NCBI GenBank assembly: GCA_033763395.1
Contig: JANRKQ010000129.1
Span: forward strand, 12,554 to 76,553
Reading direction: 5' to 3'
Source: Myxococcaceae bacterium
Lineage (GTDB): Bacteria > Myxococcota > Myxococcia > Myxococcales > Myxococcaceae
DNA length: 64,000 nt
Made by a program: the position numbers and the translations under genes
The notes under the pieces: generated by a model
What the model was told of the DNA's origin: nothing
Databases searched by the model: none
Seen by the model: only the letters and a program-made list of their open reading frames with translations
Part shown: in pieces, positions 49,056 through 58,954 of the stretch
Layout of the letters: each line of letters opens with the position of its first letter
Position numbering within the stretch: the first letter of the stretch is position 1

Positions 49056-50498
49056 ATGCGGTCCCTTCGCTTCGTCGTCGTCGTGCTCGTCTCGGCCTGT
49101 GCCACCACGCCGCCTCCGCCCACGGAAGCGCCGCCGGGGATCGAGCGGCACGCCAACGCCATCGATTGGGCGAAGGCTGGAGACGAGGCCGCCCAGGTGC
49201 TCGCGGGCTACCTGCGCGTCGACACGTTCAACCCGCCCGGCAACGAGACGCGCGGCGCGCAGTACCTCGCCGACGTGCTCGCGAAGGAAGGCATCACCGC
49301 CGAGCTGCTCGAGTTCGCCCCGGGCCGCAGCAACCTCATCGCCAGACTCCCGGCGACCGGCCCGGCGAAGGACAAGCCGCTGTGCCTGCTTTCGCACATC
49401 GACGTGGTGCCAGCCGAGGCCGACGCGTGGCCGAAGGACAAGGGCCCGCTCTCGGGCGTCATCGACGAGAACGGCGTCATCTGGGGCCGCGGCGCGCTCG
49501 ACATGAAGGGCATGGGCGTGCTCGAGCTGATGACGCTGGTGTGGCTCAAGCGCGCGAACGTGCCGCTGGCACGCGACGTGGTGCTTCTGGCCGTGGGTGA
49601 CGAAGAGGTCGACAACCTCGGCATGAAGCAGCTCGTCGAGCAGCACTGGAGCCGCCTCGACTGCGGCCAACTCGTCAACGAAGGCGGGCTCGGCGTGAAG
49701 AACCTGCTCTTCGAGGGCCAGACGGTGTTCGCCGTGTCCGTCGCCGAGAAGGGCGCGCTGTGGCTGCGCATGACGGCGAGCGGAGAGGCCGGCCACGGGT
49801 CGACCCCCGTGCCAGGGCGCGCGCCCACGCGGCTGGTCGAGGCGGTGAAGGCGCTCTCGACCCGCACGCCGAAGCCGCAGATTCACGCCGCGCTGTACGA
49901 GCTGCTCCGGCGCATCGGCGAGCAGAAGGGCGGGGCGACGGGCTTCATCCTGCAGCGGCCGTTGCTCGTCGACTGGTTCGTCACCGGCCGCCTGATGTCG
50001 AAGCCCCCCACGCGCGCGGGCATCACCAACACCTGCCAGGTGACGGGCTTCGACGGGAAGGGCAGCGCGCCGAACGTCATTCCTTCGCAGGTGGCGGCCA
50101 TCATCGACTGCCGGCTCCTGCCAGGCACCACGCCCGAGGCGGTGCTGGAAGAGCTCAAAGGGCTGGTGAAGGGCGTCGAGGGCATCGAGTTCACGGTGCT
50201 GAACGCCGACAGCGCGAACGAGTCGACGTGGAACGACCCGTTCTTCGACGCGCTCGCCCGCCAGGCAGTGAACGGTCGCACCGACGTCGTCGCGGGCCCG
50301 GTCCTCTCGCCCGGCTACACCGACTCGTTGCTGGCGCGCCCCAAAGGGACGCGGGCGTACGGCATGGTGCCCTTCGAGGTGACGCAGGAAGAGCTCGGCA
50401 CCATGCACGGGCGCGACGAGCGCGTCTCGAAGGCCAACGTCGCGCGCGGCCTCGAGGTGCTCTTTCGTGCGGTCGTCGACGTCAGCGCCGCGCCCTGA
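49056..50498 (+). CDS. M20 family metallopeptidase (ArgE/DapE/CPG2-like), secreted
   Basis: ATG at 49056. Signal/lipobox VVVVLVSAC. Motifs LLSHIDVVPA, GRGALDMKGMG, AVGDEEV. Confidence 0.85.
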   Translation: MRSLRFVVVVLVSACATTPPPPTEAPPGIERHANAIDWAKAGDEAAQVLAGYLRVDTFNPPGNETRGAQYLADVLAKEGITAELLEFAPGRSNLIARLPATGPAKDKPLCLLSHIDVVPAEADAWPKDKGPLSGVIDENGVIWGRGALDMKGMGVLELMTLVWLKRANVPLARDVVLLAVGDEEVDNLGMKQLVEQHWSRLDCGQLVNEGGLGVKNLLFEGQTVFAVSVAEKGALWLRMTASGEAGHGSTPVPGRAPTRLVEAVKALSTRTPKPQIHAALYELLRRIGEQKGGATGFILQRPLLVDWFVTGRLMSKPPTRAGITNTCQVTGFDGKGSAPNVIPSQVAAIIDCRLLPGTTPEAVLEELKGLVKGVEGIEFTVLNADSANESTWNDPFFDALARQAVNGRTDVVAGPVLSPGYTDSLLARPKGTRAYGMVPFEVTQEELGTMHGRDERVSKANVARGLEVLFRAVVDVSAAP

Positions 50499-50504
50499 CG
50501 CCGC

Positions 50505-51392
50505 TCACTTCGGCGCCTTGCCGGTGAGGCACGAGGGCACCCGGTCGACACCGCCGAAGAAGCGCTCCACCAGCTTCGCCCACGCCCGCGCGTTCTGCGG
50601 CGCCTGGCACTTGAAGGGCTTCTTCACCACGCCGCCGCTCATCACCTCGCGCTGCTCCTTGAAGTACCGCAGCGCCAGGTCGGCCGCGTACTCGCGCACG
50701 CCGTTTCCGGGCATGAACGAGTAGTACGTGCCGCCCTTCACGATGAGGGGCTCGGGCACGTAGCGCGTGAGGCAATCGATGGTGGTGCCGCAGCGCTTGA
50801 CGAGGTCGTCGTAGTCCTCCGACAACGCGCGCGTCGACCAGCCGTCGTCGTTCAGGTGGAACACCTCGTGAAAGAGCAGGCCGCGCACCACCGGGAGTGA
50901 GCCGTTCAGCGTGCCGTTGACGTTGTATGAGATGGTCCAATCGATGGCGAAGGCGGCCGGCGTTCGTTTCTTGAGGGAGCGGAAGAAGCGCAGCTCGAGC
51001 GCGCGCCAGCGGTACGCGAGGGGCGCCGCGGCCTTCGCCTCGGTGTCCGAGAGGAACGTGTCGATGTCGAGGAGCGCCTGCGCGGCGAACTCGAGGTGCC
51101 GGCGCTCGGCGCCCACCGGCCGCTGCGGCACGAGGTGAATGACGCCGCGGTAGCCACCTTCGAAGTCCTCCTCGGGGAGCACGCCTACGACGTGGCCGGT
51201 CTTGTCGTACAGCGCCTTCGCGAGCGTCGCCGAGGCCGCGTCGTCGGCGAGGTGCAGCTCGAGCAGACAGCGCACCCGCGTGGGCTCGTCTCCCGTCGGG
51301 CACCGGGGGGCGTCGAGGGCCATCAGCGCCGCCGCACGCTCGACCGAGATGGCCGGAGCCTGAGACAGCAGGAGGAAGACGAGCGCGGACAT
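50505..51392 (-). CDS. Secreted HExxH-motif hypothetical protein
   Basis: ATG at 51392 gives signal-like MSALVFLLLSQAPAISV. Motif LLFHEVFHLNDDGW. 295 aa. Confidence 0.55.
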   Translation of the reverse strand: MSALVFLLLSQAPAISVERAAALMALDAPRCPTGDEPTRVRCLLELHLADDAASATLAKALYDKTGHVVGVLPEEDFEGGYRGVIHLVPQRPVGAERRHLEFAAQALLDIDTFLSDTEAKAAAPLAYRWRALELRFFRSLKKRTPAAFAIDWTISYNVNGTLNGSLPVVRGLLFHEVFHLNDDGWSTRALSEDYDDLVKRCGTTIDCLTRYVPEPLIVKGGTYYSFMPGNGVREYAADLALRYFKEQREVMSGGVVKKPFKCQAPQNARAWAKLVERFFGGVDRVPSCLTGKAPK

Positions 51393-51508
51393 GGCAGGTT
51401 GGACGACCGGGGCGCCGCTCCGGTTCCTGGGCGCAGTCTGGCGCACCACGCCGTCTCACGTCGACTGGCTCACGGCGATGCCCCAGCGCAACGCCGAGTC
51501 GGGCTAGC

Positions 51509-52093
51509 GTGCCCACCCAGATGGGATCCGTCGACCGGCCGGACGACTGGAAGAGCAGCGCCGTGTACCTGGCGGGCCTCGTCAAATCGATTCGGGCGGC
51601 GGGCCTCATCGAGCCGGTGCTCGCGAAGGTGCCACCCGAGACGCGGGCCATCGCCGACAATCCCTACGGGCAACGCTGGCACCCGTGGACCCATGGCGCT
51701 GCGCTCGCGACTGCCGTGCTCGAGGTGGCCGGGCCCCGCGCGCTCGAAGACGTCACCTTCGTGATGGCCCGTGATTCGTTCGGGCCCATTCTCACGCCCA
51801 TGCTGAAGGTCGCGCTGACGCTCATGGGCATGTCGCCCGCCGCCGTCTTCAGCCGGGTCGACCAGTCCATCAAACCGGCGGTGCAGGGCGTCACCGCGCG
51901 CTACGAGTCCACCGGGCCTTCGTCGGGCGTCGTCACCTTCGAGTACCCCATGGTGCCGCCCGTCTTCGCCGACACCTCGTGGCGCGGGGGGCTGCGCTTC
52001 ATGTTCCACCTCGTCGGCCTCGAGGGGCGCATCGCGCCGTGTGAGCGCCTCGAGGGTGGGCGGGTGCTCCGCTACGCCCTGTCGTGGGGCTGA
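51509..52093 (+). CDS. DUF2378 / TIGR02265-like (Myxococcus paralogous family) protein, copy 1
   Basis: GTG at 51509 (alternative ATG 51521). Alignable by eye with 57374..57934, e.g. FGPILTPMLKVALTLMGMSPAAVFSRV vs LGRILTPMFKVALALTGRTPSTLLARV, and WRGGLRFMFHLV vs WRGTLQFLFELI. Confidence 0.7.
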   Translation: MPTQMGSVDRPDDWKSSAVYLAGLVKSIRAAGLIEPVLAKVPPETRAIADNPYGQRWHPWTHGAALATAVLEVAGPRALEDVTFVMARDSFGPILTPMLKVALTLMGMSPAAVFSRVDQSIKPAVQGVTARYESTGPSSGVVTFEYPMVPPVFADTSWRGGLRFMFHLVGLEGRIAPCERLEGGRVLRYALSWG

Positions 52094-52171
52094 CGGCTGG
52101 CCCACTGATGGAACACTCCAGCCCGGCGCGGCGCCCCTTTCCGCGGGCGCCCCGTGTCGCAGGCTGTCGGC

Positions 52172-52486
52172 ATGCGCTCACGGGTCCTGGTGCTGGGTCG
52201 TCACGAAGCCATCATGTCGAAGGTCGTTCAGCTCCTCGGCGCGGAGGGCTTCGACGTCACGCCCGCCCTGACGGATGAGGAGGCGCTGCGCGAGCTCGCG
52301 GGCGGCGCCGTCGCGGCGTTCATCATCGGCGGCGGCGTCGAGGCGGCGTCCCGGCCCGCGCTCCTCGCTGTCGCGCGCCGGCAACGCGTGCCGGTCGTCG
52401 AGCACGCGGGAGGACCGCTCGGCCTGGCCGACGCGCTCAGGCGCACGCTCGCGACGGCGAAGGAGCGCGAGGGCGGCGAGCCCTGA
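52172..52486 (+). CDS. Small hypothetical protein (Rossmann/flavodoxin-like beta-alpha pattern)
   Basis: 104 aa. MRSRVLVLGRHEAIMSKVVQLLGAEGFDV...AAFIIGGGVE. Very high GC3 in my codon read-out. Confidence 0.5.
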   Translation: MRSRVLVLGRHEAIMSKVVQLLGAEGFDVTPALTDEEALRELAGGAVAAFIIGGGVEAASRPALLAVARRQRVPVVEHAGGPLGLADALRRTLATAKEREGGEP

Positions 52487-52656
52487 GCCCACCACGGCCG
52501 CGGAGACGACGAGGAGCTTCCACTTCACCGAGACGGGCATGGGGTCGACGATGCGCATGCCGACTCCGAATGCGCGCCGCGTGCCGGCCACCCGCAGAGG
52601 CGCGTTCACGGTGACTGCGCCGGTCTGGGGCTCGCCGCTGGCCCGGCCGCTCGAAA

Positions 52657-54780
52657 TCAGGGCAGGGAGCCGAGCTGGCGAACGCTCGAGAGCCCGGACG
52701 AAGCGCTGAGCTCGAGCGCGCCGCCTTCGAGGCCATCGTGCCGCACGCGCACCCGGCCGCCCGTCGCGCGGAGGGTCAGCGTCGTGCGGGTGTCCGGGGT
52801 GAGGTGCGCGATCGACAGGACGGGGGCGTGCGCGTCGTTCCACCGGACCTCGACGGTGACGTCGTCAATGCGCCGCAGCTCGACACCTTCGAGTCGAACG
52901 TCCGTCGCCACGTGACGCGCGAGCACTGCGCCGCTGCGCCTCACCTCGGCCGCCACCAGCCCACCCGGGTCCTCGACGATGGCGAAGCCGTGCGCACCGT
53001 CACCCTCCGACACCTGGGCCAACGCGAGCGGGACGTCGACGTGGCGCCCCTCGCGCAGCACGAGGCGCACTGTCAGGTCATTCTCCTGCGGCAGGGTACG
53101 CGCGGCGTGCAGCCGGTGAATGGGCTCGAGCGTCACCTGTGTCCCCCGCACCGCGACCGCGACCAGGAGCGAGGGCTCGAGCACCATCGCGGCGGGCGGC
53201 GTCGGGCCGTAGTCACGCGCCCGCTCGAGGAAGGTCTGCGCGGCGCGGTAGGTGTAGTCGCTCACCCACGTCGGGTTGCAGTAGCTCATGAGGTCGACGA
53301 ACTGCGCCGGGTTGAGGAGCGCTCGCCCATTCCAGCCCCACGAGCCGATGCGCCCGCCCGCGTACGGGTAGGACGGGTCGACGCCGGCGGCGCCTCCACA
53401 GGGCGCGTGCGGCCGGCCGAAGTTGTGGCCCAGCTCGTGTGACGCGACGTCGTCGCTGTCGTCTCGCCCCACCGCGGTCGGCTGGCCGATGTACCCGATG
53501 CCCGCGACGCCGAAGGAGGCCACCCGCACGAGCCCGTAGTAGTGCCGCTGGCTGCCGTCGGCCCCCCGCACCTGCGCCAGCTGGGAGAGGAGCGAGCTCC
53601 ACGCGCCGACGTCACTCCCGCTCGGCACCACGTTCGTCGTGTAGGGGGCGCGCGTGCGCGTGGTGACCTCGGCGAAGGGCCACTGCTCCACCATCGTGGT
53701 GCGCAGGTCGAGCACGCTCGCCGTGACGCCGCCTGCCACCACGGGCACCACGGTGAGGTGGAGGCCGTTTCGCCGGGTCACCTGGGGCGTCAGGCGCGCC
53801 TCGTTGTTCGTCTCGTTCGACTCGGGCACCGTCTCCATCGCGTCGGCGCGCACGGTGAGCTCGAGGCCCGGCAGCACCCACTCGGCTGGCACCGTCGCGC
53901 GGTACTGCCGCGTGGGGTCGACCATCGCCGTGGGGACGGTCGCCGGCCCCGTCATCGTCACCCGGCCGAGCTCGACGCCGCTGCGCCGAGCGATGAGCTG
54001 CACGACGTTCGACAGGCCTGCCGTGTCAGCAAGCACCTGCGCCAGCACGAGCGCGGGCTTGCCTTCGACGAGCCGCACGTTCGAAGCCACCACCGTCTGG
54101 CCGAGCAAGAGGGCCTCGACGCGCAGGTCACCGACGGGAGCGACGCCACGCAGCGTCACGGTTCGGGTCGCGACGCCGCCGCGCTCGTCGCGCGCCTCGA
54201 GCGTCACCGTCAGCGCGCCCTGCGCAGTGACCTCGATCGTCTGCTCGCCGAGCGCGCACGGCACCACGCCGCCCGGTGACAGCGTGCAACGCAGCGTCGT
54301 CGAGTCCGGGTCCACCGCGGACACGCGGAGCCTCGCGGTGAAGGGCGTGACGCCAGTCGCCGGCGTCGCGCTGAAGTCGTCGATGCGGGGCAGTTGGTTG
54401 GGTGGCAGGCGAACGTCGATGGACACCTGCCGCTCGATGCTCTGCCCTTCGTCGTCCACCACGACGAGCCGCACCGTCGCCGGGCCCGGCGTGGTGAAGC
54501 GGACGGCCTGCTCCCGCGGCGCCGAGCAGTCGCCGAGCTCGATGCGTTCGCCGGTGGAGGACTCGAGGCGACACGACAACCCTGCGCCTCGCGGGTGACT
54601 CGCGCCCGCCGTACAGGTGAGCGGCACCGTCGCCTCGACCTCGGCGGCGGCACAGCCGAACTGCGTCACCCGCGGCGCGCCGCTCTGTCCCAGCACGCCG
54701 TCGACGGGACCCGCCTCGAGCTGAATGGGCGCCGTGCCCTCACAGGCCACCAGCAGCAAGCAGGAGAGCCATCGCGACAT
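52657..54780 (-). CDS. Metzincin-type zinc metalloprotease lipoprotein with N-terminal Ig-like/CARDB-like domains
   Basis: Lipobox LLLVAC. The segment ESNETNNEARL is CARDB-like. Zinc motif HELGHNFGRPH (HExxHxxGxxH). 707 aa. Confidence 0.75.
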   Translation of the reverse strand: MSRWLSCLLLVACEGTAPIQLEAGPVDGVLGQSGAPRVTQFGCAAAEVEATVPLTCTAGASHPRGAGLSCRLESSTGERIELGDCSAPREQAVRFTTPGPATVRLVVVDDEGQSIERQVSIDVRLPPNQLPRIDDFSATPATGVTPFTARLRVSAVDPDSTTLRCTLSPGGVVPCALGEQTIEVTAQGALTVTLEARDERGGVATRTVTLRGVAPVGDLRVEALLLGQTVVASNVRLVEGKPALVLAQVLADTAGLSNVVQLIARRSGVELGRVTMTGPATVPTAMVDPTRQYRATVPAEWVLPGLELTVRADAMETVPESNETNNEARLTPQVTRRNGLHLTVVPVVAGGVTASVLDLRTTMVEQWPFAEVTTRTRAPYTTNVVPSGSDVGAWSSLLSQLAQVRGADGSQRHYYGLVRVASFGVAGIGYIGQPTAVGRDDSDDVASHELGHNFGRPHAPCGGAAGVDPSYPYAGGRIGSWGWNGRALLNPAQFVDLMSYCNPTWVSDYTYRAAQTFLERARDYGPTPPAAMVLEPSLLVAVAVRGTQVTLEPIHRLHAARTLPQENDLTVRLVLREGRHVDVPLALAQVSEGDGAHGFAIVEDPGGLVAAEVRRSGAVLARHVATDVRLEGVELRRIDDVTVEVRWNDAHAPVLSIAHLTPDTRTTLTLRATGGRVRVRHDGLEGGALELSASSGLSSVRQLGSLP

Positions 54781-55056
54781 GGGGAGCGTGACTGCAAGCC
54801 GTTCGCCGGTGACGCTCGGGCGTCGAATCAGCCACTTGAGGTGGTGAAGCCCTGAGGACCGCGGTGTTCAGCGGTGCGCCCGCGCGCACCAGAGGCGCTG
54901 CATTCTCAGTTCCTGAGAGGTGCGGTGTGCATCGGCGTGCACGGGTTGGTGTCGAGACGCTGGCGCGTCCCCCTCCTCGCGACCGGCGAGCGGCTCGTTC
55001 GACCACCCGTGGGCGCTCCGATGTCGGGTGGCTCATCACGGGCGACGTCGAGGTCC

Positions 55057-56781
55057 CTACGGGCAACACCACGACCGCGCGAGCGCCCGAGGCACTCCGG
55101 GCCCGGGCACGTACAGGTACGCCGGGCTCGCGACGAGCGCCTGGCAGAGCGGCTCGCTCGTGGTGTCCCACGCCGCCGACGTTCCGACACGCAGGTGACG
55201 CGCCGCGAACTCGGTGCAGACCTCACACGTCGCCGCGCGCGCTTCGGTGTCGAGCGTGGCGTCACGGGCCCGCGCTCGGAGCGCCTCGAGCTGCACGAGC
55301 GTCGTGGCCTCGCACCAGTCCTTCGCGTGCGCGACGTGAAAGGTGCGGGCCAGGCTCGCCGCGCGGAACGACCCCGTCGGTGTCCACGGGAGCGGTGGGT
55401 CTTCAGAGGTGGCGCTCGTGGCGTACCGGCCGTTCGGCAGCACGCCGAGGAAGTCACCGAGCCCACCCTCGGCGAGCGACGTGCCCCCGGGGGCGTCCTT
55501 CGCGACGAAGCGCGCCATCGTCGCCACGCGCTCGAGCGACAGGCGAAACGCGTTCTTCGTCGTGTTCGGCACCGGCACCTTTCCAGACTGCCGGGCGACC
55601 TGCGGCACCATCCACGAGGCGAAGCGCGCGTCGAGGGGAATGGCCGTCTGCACGCCCACCACCTTCAGCTGAATGGCCATGCCCCGCACGATGGCCTCGT
55701 TGGTGGCGCGCTGCCCGAAGCAGCCCTCACCCGAGGGGTCGATCGACGAAAGCCCGGGTGCGGGGTTGCCGAGCGGCCCGTGGGCCTGCGCCGTCGCGCG
55801 GTACACCTCGAGGAGCCCCGAGGTGGCGCAGTCGAAGAAGCGGCGCGACTGCTCGGGGGTGAGCTGCGAGACGTAGAGGTCTCCGACGGCCTGCGACGTC
55901 ACCCCGTCCTTCGCGACGAAGCGCACGTCGTCCCACGGAGCGCACATCGCGTCGTTCACGTCGTAGCTCGTCCACGTGGGGAGGGCCTGCAACACGCCGC
56001 GCGCGCCGTGAATGAAGCCAGCTACCAGCGCCGTCAGCACCGCGCGGTCGCGCTTCTCGTCGACGGTCGCGCCCGGGAAGTCGTCGAGGTTGGCCGAGCC
56101 CCAGCGCTCCCACATGTGGCCCATGCTCCACGCGTCTTGCAGGAAGTGCTGGGCCATCGCCTCGAGCGCCAACGCCTCGACCTCGCACGCGCGCGTCACC
56201 TCGCTGAAGCGGCCCGCCAGCGACTCGGACAGGCGTCGACAGTCGGCGGCGCGGACCAGCGCGAGGGCGTGCGCTCGTCGGTAGGCCCCCTGCGCCTGCG
56301 GAACGAAGTGGTTCGAGTTCACCGGGCCCATGTGGCTCGCGAAGTCGTGACAGAGCGTCGCGTCGGTGCCGTCACCCAGCGGGCACGTCTCGTGGCCGCT
56401 CGCCCAGTCCCACAGCGCGTACGAGAAGTCTGGCAGCTGCGCGAGCTCGCCCACGGTGAAGGTGCGCCGCCGCACCCGGGCGACCTCGTCGAGCGCCGAG
56501 GGCTGGAGCGTGAAGGCCGCCTGGCCCGTGATGTCGACGGTGCTGGCCGAGGTGAAGATGGTCAGCGACTGCTCCGCCGAGACCGAGAACGGCAGGCCCG
56601 CCTTCTCGCGCGTCTGCTCGAAGAGCTGGCGGTGCTCGTCGCTGGGGCCCACCCACCGGTTCCGCGCGGTCTGGGGGCCGGCGAACGGGGTACACGCGCG
56701 GCCCGGGCGCTCGAAACACACCGAGTCCCACGCGAGCGCCAGCGACGGAGCCAGGGCGAGGGCGAAGAGCGCGGCTCTCAT
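55057..56781 (-). CDS. Secreted hypothetical protein (574 aa)
   Basis: Signal peptide MRAALFALALAPSLALA, with the mature N-terminus starting WDSVC. The start overlaps the upstream stop as ATGA (56778-56781). No secure family call. Confidence 0.6.
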   Translation of the reverse strand: MRAALFALALAPSLALAWDSVCFERPGRACTPFAGPQTARNRWVGPSDEHRQLFEQTREKAGLPFSVSAEQSLTIFTSASTVDITGQAAFTLQPSALDEVARVRRRTFTVGELAQLPDFSYALWDWASGHETCPLGDGTDATLCHDFASHMGPVNSNHFVPQAQGAYRRAHALALVRAADCRRLSESLAGRFSEVTRACEVEALALEAMAQHFLQDAWSMGHMWERWGSANLDDFPGATVDEKRDRAVLTALVAGFIHGARGVLQALPTWTSYDVNDAMCAPWDDVRFVAKDGVTSQAVGDLYVSQLTPEQSRRFFDCATSGLLEVYRATAQAHGPLGNPAPGLSSIDPSGEGCFGQRATNEAIVRGMAIQLKVVGVQTAIPLDARFASWMVPQVARQSGKVPVPNTTKNAFRLSLERVATMARFVAKDAPGGTSLAEGGLGDFLGVLPNGRYATSATSEDPPLPWTPTGSFRAASLARTFHVAHAKDWCEATTLVQLEALRARARDATLDTEARAATCEVCTEFAARHLRVGTSAAWDTTSEPLCQALVASPAYLYVPGPGVPRALARSWCCP

Positions 56782-57227
56782 GGCGCCTCCAGCGCGGCGC
56801 GCACGCCGGGGAAGCAGTCGGGCTCGAGGAAGAGCACCTTCTCGACCGCGGCGGCGGGAGACAGGCCCTTGTTCACCTCGTCGACGAAGGCGTCACGGCA
56901 GGTGACCGGGCAGCAGGGCTCCTCCGTCCACGGCGTCTGCGTCTGGCACTCGCGCGCGCGGCCCCAGCACATGGCGATGGTCACCTCAGGTGGCGCGTAG
57001 CAGTACGACAAGAGGTCGGCGCAGGCCCCCAGGGCCGTCAGCGCGTCCTGCTGGGTCGGGTCGAGTTCGACCCGCGCGTTGCCGACGTCGGCGAGGAGCC
57101 GCCGCGCCGAGCTGCCGACCGACGTGAAGAACGTCAGGTTCCCGGTGGGGAGCTTCGTGGTGTCGTTCGACGGGAGCAGGGGACAGCTCGACAAGCCGAT
57201 GACGGCGAGCCAACCAAGACGTCTCAT
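56778..57227 (-). CDS. Small Cys-rich lipoprotein
   Basis: Lipobox IGLSSC. 149 aa with 9 further Cys (LGACADLLSYCY, MCWGRARECQ, EEPCCPVTC, PDCFPG). Confidence 0.55.
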   Translation of the reverse strand: MRRLGWLAVIGLSSCPLLPSNDTTKLPTGNLTFFTSVGSSARRLLADVGNARVELDPTQQDALTALGACADLLSYCYAPPEVTIAMCWGRARECQTQTPWTEEPCCPVTCRDAFVDEVNKGLSPAAAVEKVLFLEPDCFPGVRAALEAP

Positions 57228-57373
57228 GAAGCGGGGCCTCGTGCGAAGAGCGGGCCGTCAGAGTGTGGCACCAAACGCCGCGTGAGGCCCGCGCCGCCTG
57301 CGCAGAACGCCGCGCACCCGGGCATCATTGTCCGGGCGAAGGTGTCGTGGCCTTCGGTACACTCCGTGGGGCC

Positions 57374-57934
57374 ATGGCCGCTCCCGGCTTCGAAGTCACC
57401 GCTGTCTACGTCTCCGGGTTCCGCAAGGCGCTCGTCGACCTGGGCCAACTCGACGCTGTCGTGGCGCGAATCACCCCCGAGACCCGCGCCGTGCTCGAGC
57501 GCCCGTTCTCGGCGCGCGCCCACTCGGCCGACGTGCTGCGCGACCTGTCAGATGCGCTGCTCGCCGTCGCCGGCCCCGAGGTGTTCCGACGGCACGCCTA
57601 CCTCATGGCGCGCGACGCGCTCGGGCGAATCCTGACGCCCATGTTCAAGGTGGCGCTCGCCCTCACCGGGCGCACGCCCTCGACGCTGCTCGCCCGCGTC
57701 CCCGACTCGGTGCAGCAGGCGATGCGCGGCGTCACCGTCACGTGGACACCCGCTGGCCCCACTGCTGGCGCGCTCGCGGTGAAGTACCCCGAGGCCGTCA
57801 ACCGCACCGCCGAAGAGGGCTGGCGCGGCACCCTGCAGTTCCTCTTCGAGCTCATCGAGGGCGCACCCGGCACCATCGCCCGCACCGAGTGGCTCGAGGC
57901 CGACACCCGGCTCGTCCTCCACATCACCTGGTGA
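57374..57934 (+). CDS. DUF2378 / TIGR02265-like protein, copy 2
   Basis: ATG at 57374. 186 aa. Paralog of 51509..52093. Confidence 0.7.
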   Translation: MAAPGFEVTAVYVSGFRKALVDLGQLDAVVARITPETRAVLERPFSARAHSADVLRDLSDALLAVAGPEVFRRHAYLMARDALGRILTPMFKVALALTGRTPSTLLARVPDSVQQAMRGVTVTWTPAGPTAGALAVKYPEAVNRTAEEGWRGTLQFLFELIEGAPGTIARTEWLEADTRLVLHITW

Positions 57935-57937
57935 CGC

Positions 57938-58954
57938 ATGCGGCCCATCGACCTGCGCAGCGACACCGTCACCAGGCCCACCGCGGGCATGCGCCGCGCG
58001 ATGGCCGAGGCCGAGGTGGGCGACGACGTGTGGGGTGACGACCCGACGGTGCAGCGGCTCGAGCGCTCCGTGGCCGAGCGCCTGGGCTTCGAGGCCGCGC
58101 TCTTCTTCCCGTCGGGTACGCAGTCGAACCTCGCGGCGCTCCTCACCCACTGTGCCCGGGGCGACGAGGTGCTGCTGGGCGACCGGTCTCACACCTTCGT
58201 GCACGAGGGCGGGGGCGCCGCCGCGCTGGGGTCGATTCACTCGCACCCGCTGCCGAACCAGGCTGACGGCTCGCTCCGCTCGGAGGACATCGCCGCGGCC
58301 ATCAAGCCCGATGACGTGCACTTCGCGAAGACGCGGCTGCTCTGTCTCGAGAACACCATCGAGGGCAAGGTGGTGCCGCAGCCGCTCGTCGACGCAGCGT
58401 GCGCGGTGGCGCGGCGGAGCGGGCTGTCGACCCACCTCGACGGCGCGCGGCTCTTCAACGCGGCGGTGAAGTCGCGCGTTTCGGCGGCCGACCTCACGCG
58501 GCCGTTCGACTCGGTGAGCGTGTGCTTGTCGAAGGGGCTCGGCGCGCCGGTGGGATCGCTGCTCGTGGGCGCACGGGACTTCATCTCGTCGGCCCGCCGG
58601 TGGCGCAAGGTCCTCGGTGGGGGCATGCGGCAGGTCGGCGTGCTCGCAGCCGCGGGCCTCTTCGCCCTGGAGCACCACGTCGCGCGCCTCGAGGAGGACC
58701 ACGCCAACGCCGCGCTCCTCGCCGAGCTGCTGTCGTCGGTGCCGGGCCTCGAGCCCGAGCCGGTGCAGACCAACATGGTGTGGGTGCGCGTAGCGCCGAC
58801 GCTCGCGAGCGGCTTCGTCGACCGCCTCGCCCGCGCTGGCGTCCTGGCGTCTGGGCAACGGGTGCTGCGCTTCGTCACCCACCTCGACGTGAGCCGCGAC
58901 GACGTGCGGCAGGCGGCGAGCCGCATTCGAGAGGTCGCGTCGGGGGCGTCATGA
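57938..58954 (+). CDS. ltaE: Low-specificity L-threonine aldolase (PLP-dependent)
   Basis: MRPIDLRSDTVTRPTAGMRRAMAEAEVGDDVWGDDPTV...FFPSGTQSNL...SVCLSKGLGAPVGS (PLP Lys). Confidence 0.85.
   Translation: MRPIDLRSDTVTRPTAGMRRAMAEAEVGDDVWGDDPTVQRLERSVAERLGFEAALFFPSGTQSNLAALLTHCARGDEVLLGDRSHTFVHEGGGAAALGSIHSHPLPNQADGSLRSEDIAAAIKPDDVHFAKTRLLCLENTIEGKVVPQPLVDAACAVARRSGLSTHLDGARLFNAAVKSRVSAADLTRPFDSVSVCLSKGLGAPVGSLLVGARDFISSARRWRKVLGGGMRQVGVLAAAGLFALEHHVARLEEDHANAALLAELLSSVPGLEPEPVQTNMVWVRVAPTLASGFVDRLARAGVLASGQRVLRFVTHLDVSRDDVRQAASRIREVASGAS

Noticed and set aside
47835-50408. 857-aa minus-strand ORF
   Set aside because: It overlaps the serine hydrolase in another frame and lies antisense to the M20 peptidase. 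It has no motifs and is very Arg-rich.
54874-57000. 708-aa plus-strand ORF
   Set aside because: It is antisense to the two secreted-protein genes at 55057..57227, which have signal peptides and an ATGA coupling. The translation is an Arg-rich shadow.
58399-58950. Upstream extension of ORF 58399..60039
   Set aside because: It overlaps ltaE in another frame and is Arg/Gly-rich. The ATG at 58951 forms an ATGA junction with the ltaE stop.
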